64,000 nucleotides of DNA, from the NCBI GenBank assembly GCA_964016885.1, contig OZ024743.1, positions 210,862,001-210,926,000 of the forward strand, in the 5' to 3' direction. A model generated the notes under the pieces. That model did not search any database. It saw nothing but the letters and a program-made list of their open reading frames with translations, and was not told the origin of the DNA. A program made the translations under genes and the position numbers. Positions 60,101 to 64,000 of this stretch are shown one piece after another. The first letter of the stretch is position 1, and the number at the start of each line of letters is the position of its first letter. This DNA comes from Eledone cirrhosa (lineage: Eukaryota).

Positions 60101-61560
60101 CATCCTATAGCCACACATGAAAGCTCTTCACTCCATAAGATATACCAAAGTTTACCATCCTATAACCAGATGAAAGCTCTTCACTCCATGAGTTATACCA
60201 CAGTTTACCATCCTATAGCCAGATGAAAGCTCTTCACTCCATAAGATATACCACAGTCTACAATCTTATAGCCACACATGAAGGCTCTGTAACCCATAAG
60301 ATATACCACAGTTTACCATCCTATAGCCAGATGAAAGCTCTTCACTCCCTAAGATATACCACAGTTTACCTTCCTATAGCCACACATGAGAGCTCTTCAC
60401 TCCATCAGATATACCACAGTTTACCATCTTATAGCCAGATGAAAGCTCTTCACTCCATAAGATATACCACAGTTTACCATCCTATAGCCACACATGAAAG
60501 CTCTTCACTCTATAAGATGTACCACCTTTTACCATCCTATAGCGACAGATGAAAGCTCTTCACTCCATAAGATATACCACAGTTTACCATCCTATAGCCA
60601 CAGATGAAAGCTCTTCACTCCCTAAGATATACCACAGTTTACCATCCTATAGCCACACATGAAAGCTCTTCACTCTATAAGATGTACCACATTTTACCAT
60701 CCTATAGCCACAGATGAAGGCTCTTCACTCCATTAGATATACCACAGTTTACCATCCTATAGCCAGATGAAAGCTTTTCACTCCATAAGATATACCACAG
60801 TTTACCATCCTATAGCCACAGCTGAAAGCTCTTCACTCCATAAGATATAACACAGTTTACCATCCTATAGCCACAGATGAAAGCTCTTCACTCCATAAGA
60901 TATACCACAGTTACCACCCTGTAGCCAGATGAAAGCTCTTCACTCCATAAGATATACCACAGTTTACCAACCTATAGCCACACATGAAAGCTCTTCACTC
61001 TATAAGTTATACCACAGTTTACCATCCTATAGCCACACATCAGAGCTCTTCACTCCATAAGATATACCAATTGACCATCCTGTAACCACACATGAAAGCT
61101 CTTCACTCCATAAGATATACCACAGTTTACCATCCTATGGCCACACATTAAAGCTCTTCACTCCATATGATATTCCACGGTTTACCATCCTATGGCCACA
61201 CATGAAAGCTCTTCACTCCATAAGATATACCAAAGTTTACCATCCTATAGCCACAGATGAACGCTCTTCACTCCATAAGATATACCACAGTTTACCATCA
61301 TATAGCCACACATGAAAGCTCTTCACTCCATAAGATATACCACAGTTTACCATCCTATACCCAGATGAAAGCTCTTCACTCCATAAGATATACCACAGTT
61401 TACCATCCTATAGCCACACATGAAAGCTCTTCACTCCATAAGATGTACCACCTTTTACCATCCGATAGCCACAGACGAAAGCTGTTCACTCCATAAGATA
61501 TACCACAGTTTACCATCCTATAGCCAGATGAAAGCTATTCACTCCATAAGTTATACCACA
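51200..61560 (+). repeat. Three related copies of a block of about 2.4 kb (about 51200-53640, about 56800-59240, about 59240-61560); copies 2 and 3 are adjacent
   Basis: Markers GCCACAGCTGAAAG (about 52773, 58371, 60814) and CATCCGATAGCC (about 53417, 59015, 61459). ORF offsets are 5598 (51313/56911, 51476/57074, 51747/57345, 53215/58813) and 2391/2444 (57074/59465, 57779/60223, 58813/61257). Confidence 0.92.
54020..56100 (+). repeat. Local duplication, offset 1415 bp
   Basis: ORF pairs 54299/55714 and 54572/55987. Shared ACCGTCCTATAG, TAGCAACAC and TAGACACAG markers. Confidence 0.82.
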
Positions 61561-63317
61561 GTTTACCATCCTATAGCCACAGATGAAAGCTCTTCACTCC
61601 ATAAGATATACCACAGTTTACCATCCTATGGCCACAGATGAAAGCTCTTCACTCCATAAGATATACCCCAGATTACCATCCTATAGCCACATATGAAAGC
61701 TCTTCACTCCATAAGATATACCACAGTCTACCATCCTATAGCCACAGATGAAAGCTCTTCACTCCATAAGATATACCACAGTTTACCATCCTATAGCCAG
61801 ATGAAAGCTCTTCACTCCATGAGATATACCACAGTCTACCATCCTATAGCCACACATGAAAGCTCTGTAACCCATAAGATATACCACAGTTTACCATCCT
61901 GTAGCCAGATGAAAGCTCTTCACTCCATAAGATATACCACAGTTTACCATCCTATAGCCACACATGAAAGCTCTTCACTCCATAAGATATACCACCGTTT
62001 ACCAACCTATAGCCACAGATGATAGCTCTTCACTCCATAAGATATACCACAATTTACCATCCTATAGCCAGATGAAAGCTCTTCAGTCCATGAGATATAC
62101 CACAGTCTACCATCCTATAGCCACACATGAAAGCTCTGTAACCCATAAGATATACCACAATTTACCATCCTATAGCCAGATGAAAGCTCTTCACTCCATA
62201 AGATATACCACAGTTTACCATCCTATAGCCACAGATGAAAGCTCTTCACTCCATGAGATATACCACAGTTTACCATCCAATAGTCAGATGAAAGCTCTTC
62301 ACTCCATACGCTATACCACAGTTTACCATCCTATAGCCACACATGAAAGCTCTTCACTCTATAAGATGTACCACCTTTTACCATCCTGTAGCCACAGATG
62401 AAAGCTCTTCACTCCATAAGACAGACCACAGTTTACCATCCTATAGCCAGATGAAAGCTATTCACTCCATAAGTTATAACACAGTTTACCATCCTATAGC
62501 CACACATGAGAGCTCTTCACTCTATAATATATACCAGTTTACCATCCTATAGCCACACATTAAAGCTCTTCACTCCATAAGATATACCACAGTTTCCATC
62601 CTATAGCCACACATGAAAGCTCTTCACTCCATAAGATATACCACAGTTTACCATCCTATACCCAGATGAAAGCTCTTCACTCCATAAGATATACCACAGT
62701 TTACCATCCTATAGCCACACATGAAAGCTCTTCACTCCATAAGATATACCACAGTTTACCATCCTATAGCCAGATGAAAGCTCTTCACCCCATAAGATAT
62801 ACCACAGTTTACCATCCTATAGCCAGATGAAATCTATTCACTCCATAAGTTATAACACAGTTTACCATCCTATAGCCAGAGATGAAAGCTCTTCACTCCA
62901 TAAGATATACCACAGTTTACCATCCTATGGCCACAGATGAAAGCTCTTCACTCCATAAGATATACCACAGTTCACCATCCTATAGCCACACATGAAAGCT
63001 CTTCACTCCATAAGATATACCACAGTTTACCATCCTATAGCCACACATGAAAGCTCTTCACTCCATAAGATATACCCCAGATTACCATCCTATAGCCACA
63101 TATGAAATCTCTTCACTCCATAAGATATACCACAGTTTACCATCCTATAGCTACACATGAAAGCTCTTCACTCCATAAGATATACCACAGTTTAACATTC
63201 TATAGCCACACATGAAAGCTCTTCACTCCATAAGATATACCACAGTTTACCATCCTGTAGCCAGATGAAAGCTCTTCACTCCATAAGATATACCACAGTT
63301 TACCATCCTATAGCTAG

Positions 63318-63970
63318 ATGAAAGCTCTTCACTCCATAAGATATACCACAGTCTACAATCTTATAGCCACACATGAAGGCTCTGTAACCCATAAGATATA
63401 CCACAGTTTACCATCCTATAGCCAGATGAAAGCTCTTCACTCCCTAAGATATACCACAGTTTACCTTCCTATAGCCACACATGAGAGCTATTCACTCCAT
63501 CAGATATACCACAGTTTACCATCCTATAGCCAAATGAAAGCTCTTCACTCCATAAGATATACCACAGTTTACCATCCTATAGCCACACATGAAAGCTCTT
63601 CACTCTATAAGATGTACCACCTTTTACCATCCTATAGCCACAGATGAAAGCTCTTCACTCCATAAGATATACCACAGTCTACAATCTTATAGCCACACAT
63701 GAAGGCTCTGTAACCCATAAGATATACCACAGTTTACCATCCTATAGCCAGATGAAAGCTCTTCACTCCCTAAGATATACCACAGTTTACCTTCCTATAG
63801 CCACACATGAGAGCTCTTCACTCCATCAGATATACCACAGTTTACCATCTTATAGCCAGATGAAAGCTCTTCACTCCATAAGATATACCACAGTTTACCA
63901 TCCTATAGCCACACATGAAAGCTCTTCACTCTATAAGATGTACCACCTTTTACTATCCTATAGCGACAGA
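63318..63970 (+). repeat. Local 6-monomer (326 bp) tandem duplication
   Basis: ORFs at 63318 and 63644 are near-identical. 326 = 4x55 + 2x53. Confidence 0.88.
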
Positions 63971-64000
63971 TGAAAGCTCTTCACTCCATAAGATATACCA

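Larger units (their letters stand above)
1..64000 (+). repeat. Tandem satellite DNA array, 55/53-bp monomer (consensus ATGAAAGCTCTTCACTCCATAAGATATACCACAGTTTACCATCCTATAGCCACAS), about 1,150-1,200 head-to-tail copies, truncated by both window edges
   Basis: Seen directly: the same unit recurs on every line with typically 0-4 differences, and I found no unique intervening sequence. Copy number is estimated as 64000 divided by about 54.5. Confidence 0.99.

Noticed and set aside
418-63973. The many MKALHSIRYTTVYHPIAT... ORFs as protein-coding genes
   Set aside because: Monomer lengths 55 and 53 are not multiples of 3. ORFs overlap in different frames, and start and stop wherever monomer order dictates. 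There is no unique N- or C-terminal domain and no recognisable family.
1-64000. CRISPR array
   Set aside because: There are no unique spacers: the whole 53-55-bp unit is repeated. No leader or cas genes are visible.
1-64000. tRNA/snRNA/5S or spliced-leader RNA tandem gene cluster
   Set aside because: The unit is too short and has no cloverleaf, recognisable Pol III A/B boxes, Sm site or spacer.
1-64000. Telomeric repeat or G-quadruplex array
   Set aside because: No canonical short telomere unit and no GGG tracts in the consensus on either strand, despite the strand skew.
1-64000. Embedded transposon, inversion or unique insert
   Set aside because: None seen reading through the window. A very short insert could have been missed by eye.
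1-64000. Diversity-generating or antigenic-variation cassette, or information-encoding variant code
   Set aside because: Variant order is explained by block duplication. There is no reverse transcriptase, recombinase, expression site or adenine-specific mutation pattern.
1-64000. CENP-B box or identity with primate alpha satellite
   Set aside because: The consensus has no CpG, so the TTCG....A..CGGG core is absent, and the monomer length and sequence do not match.

Overview
The entire 64 kb window is one uninterrupted, head-to-tail tandem satellite array, running off both ends, with every monomer on the same strand as far as I can read by eye. The consensus monomer is 55 bp (ATGAAAGCTCTTCACTCCATAAGATATACCACAGTTTACCATCCTATAGCCACA[C/G]) and is mixed with a common 53-bp form that lacks one CA (...TAGCCAG). 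There are roughly 1,150-1,200 monomers, at about 40% GC, with no CpG in the consensus and a strong C-over-G skew. Linked diagnostic variants recur in fixed order and reveal nested, irregular higher-order duplications (periods of about 0.16, 0.27, 0.33, 1.4, 2.4, 2.6, 5.05-5.1, 5.6, 6.0, 6.3, 7.3 and 9.2-9.6 kb) and position-restricted variant domains. This looks like a eukaryotic satellite (possibly centromeric, pericentromeric or subtelomeric) in active turnover. I cannot name the family or the organism. The ORFs in the track are best explained as arithmetic by-products of 55+53=108 bp dimers. I see no supportable genes, RNA genes, transposons or CRISPR array, and no direct evidence for a new protein-based system. 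The interesting signal is the architecture of the array itself.
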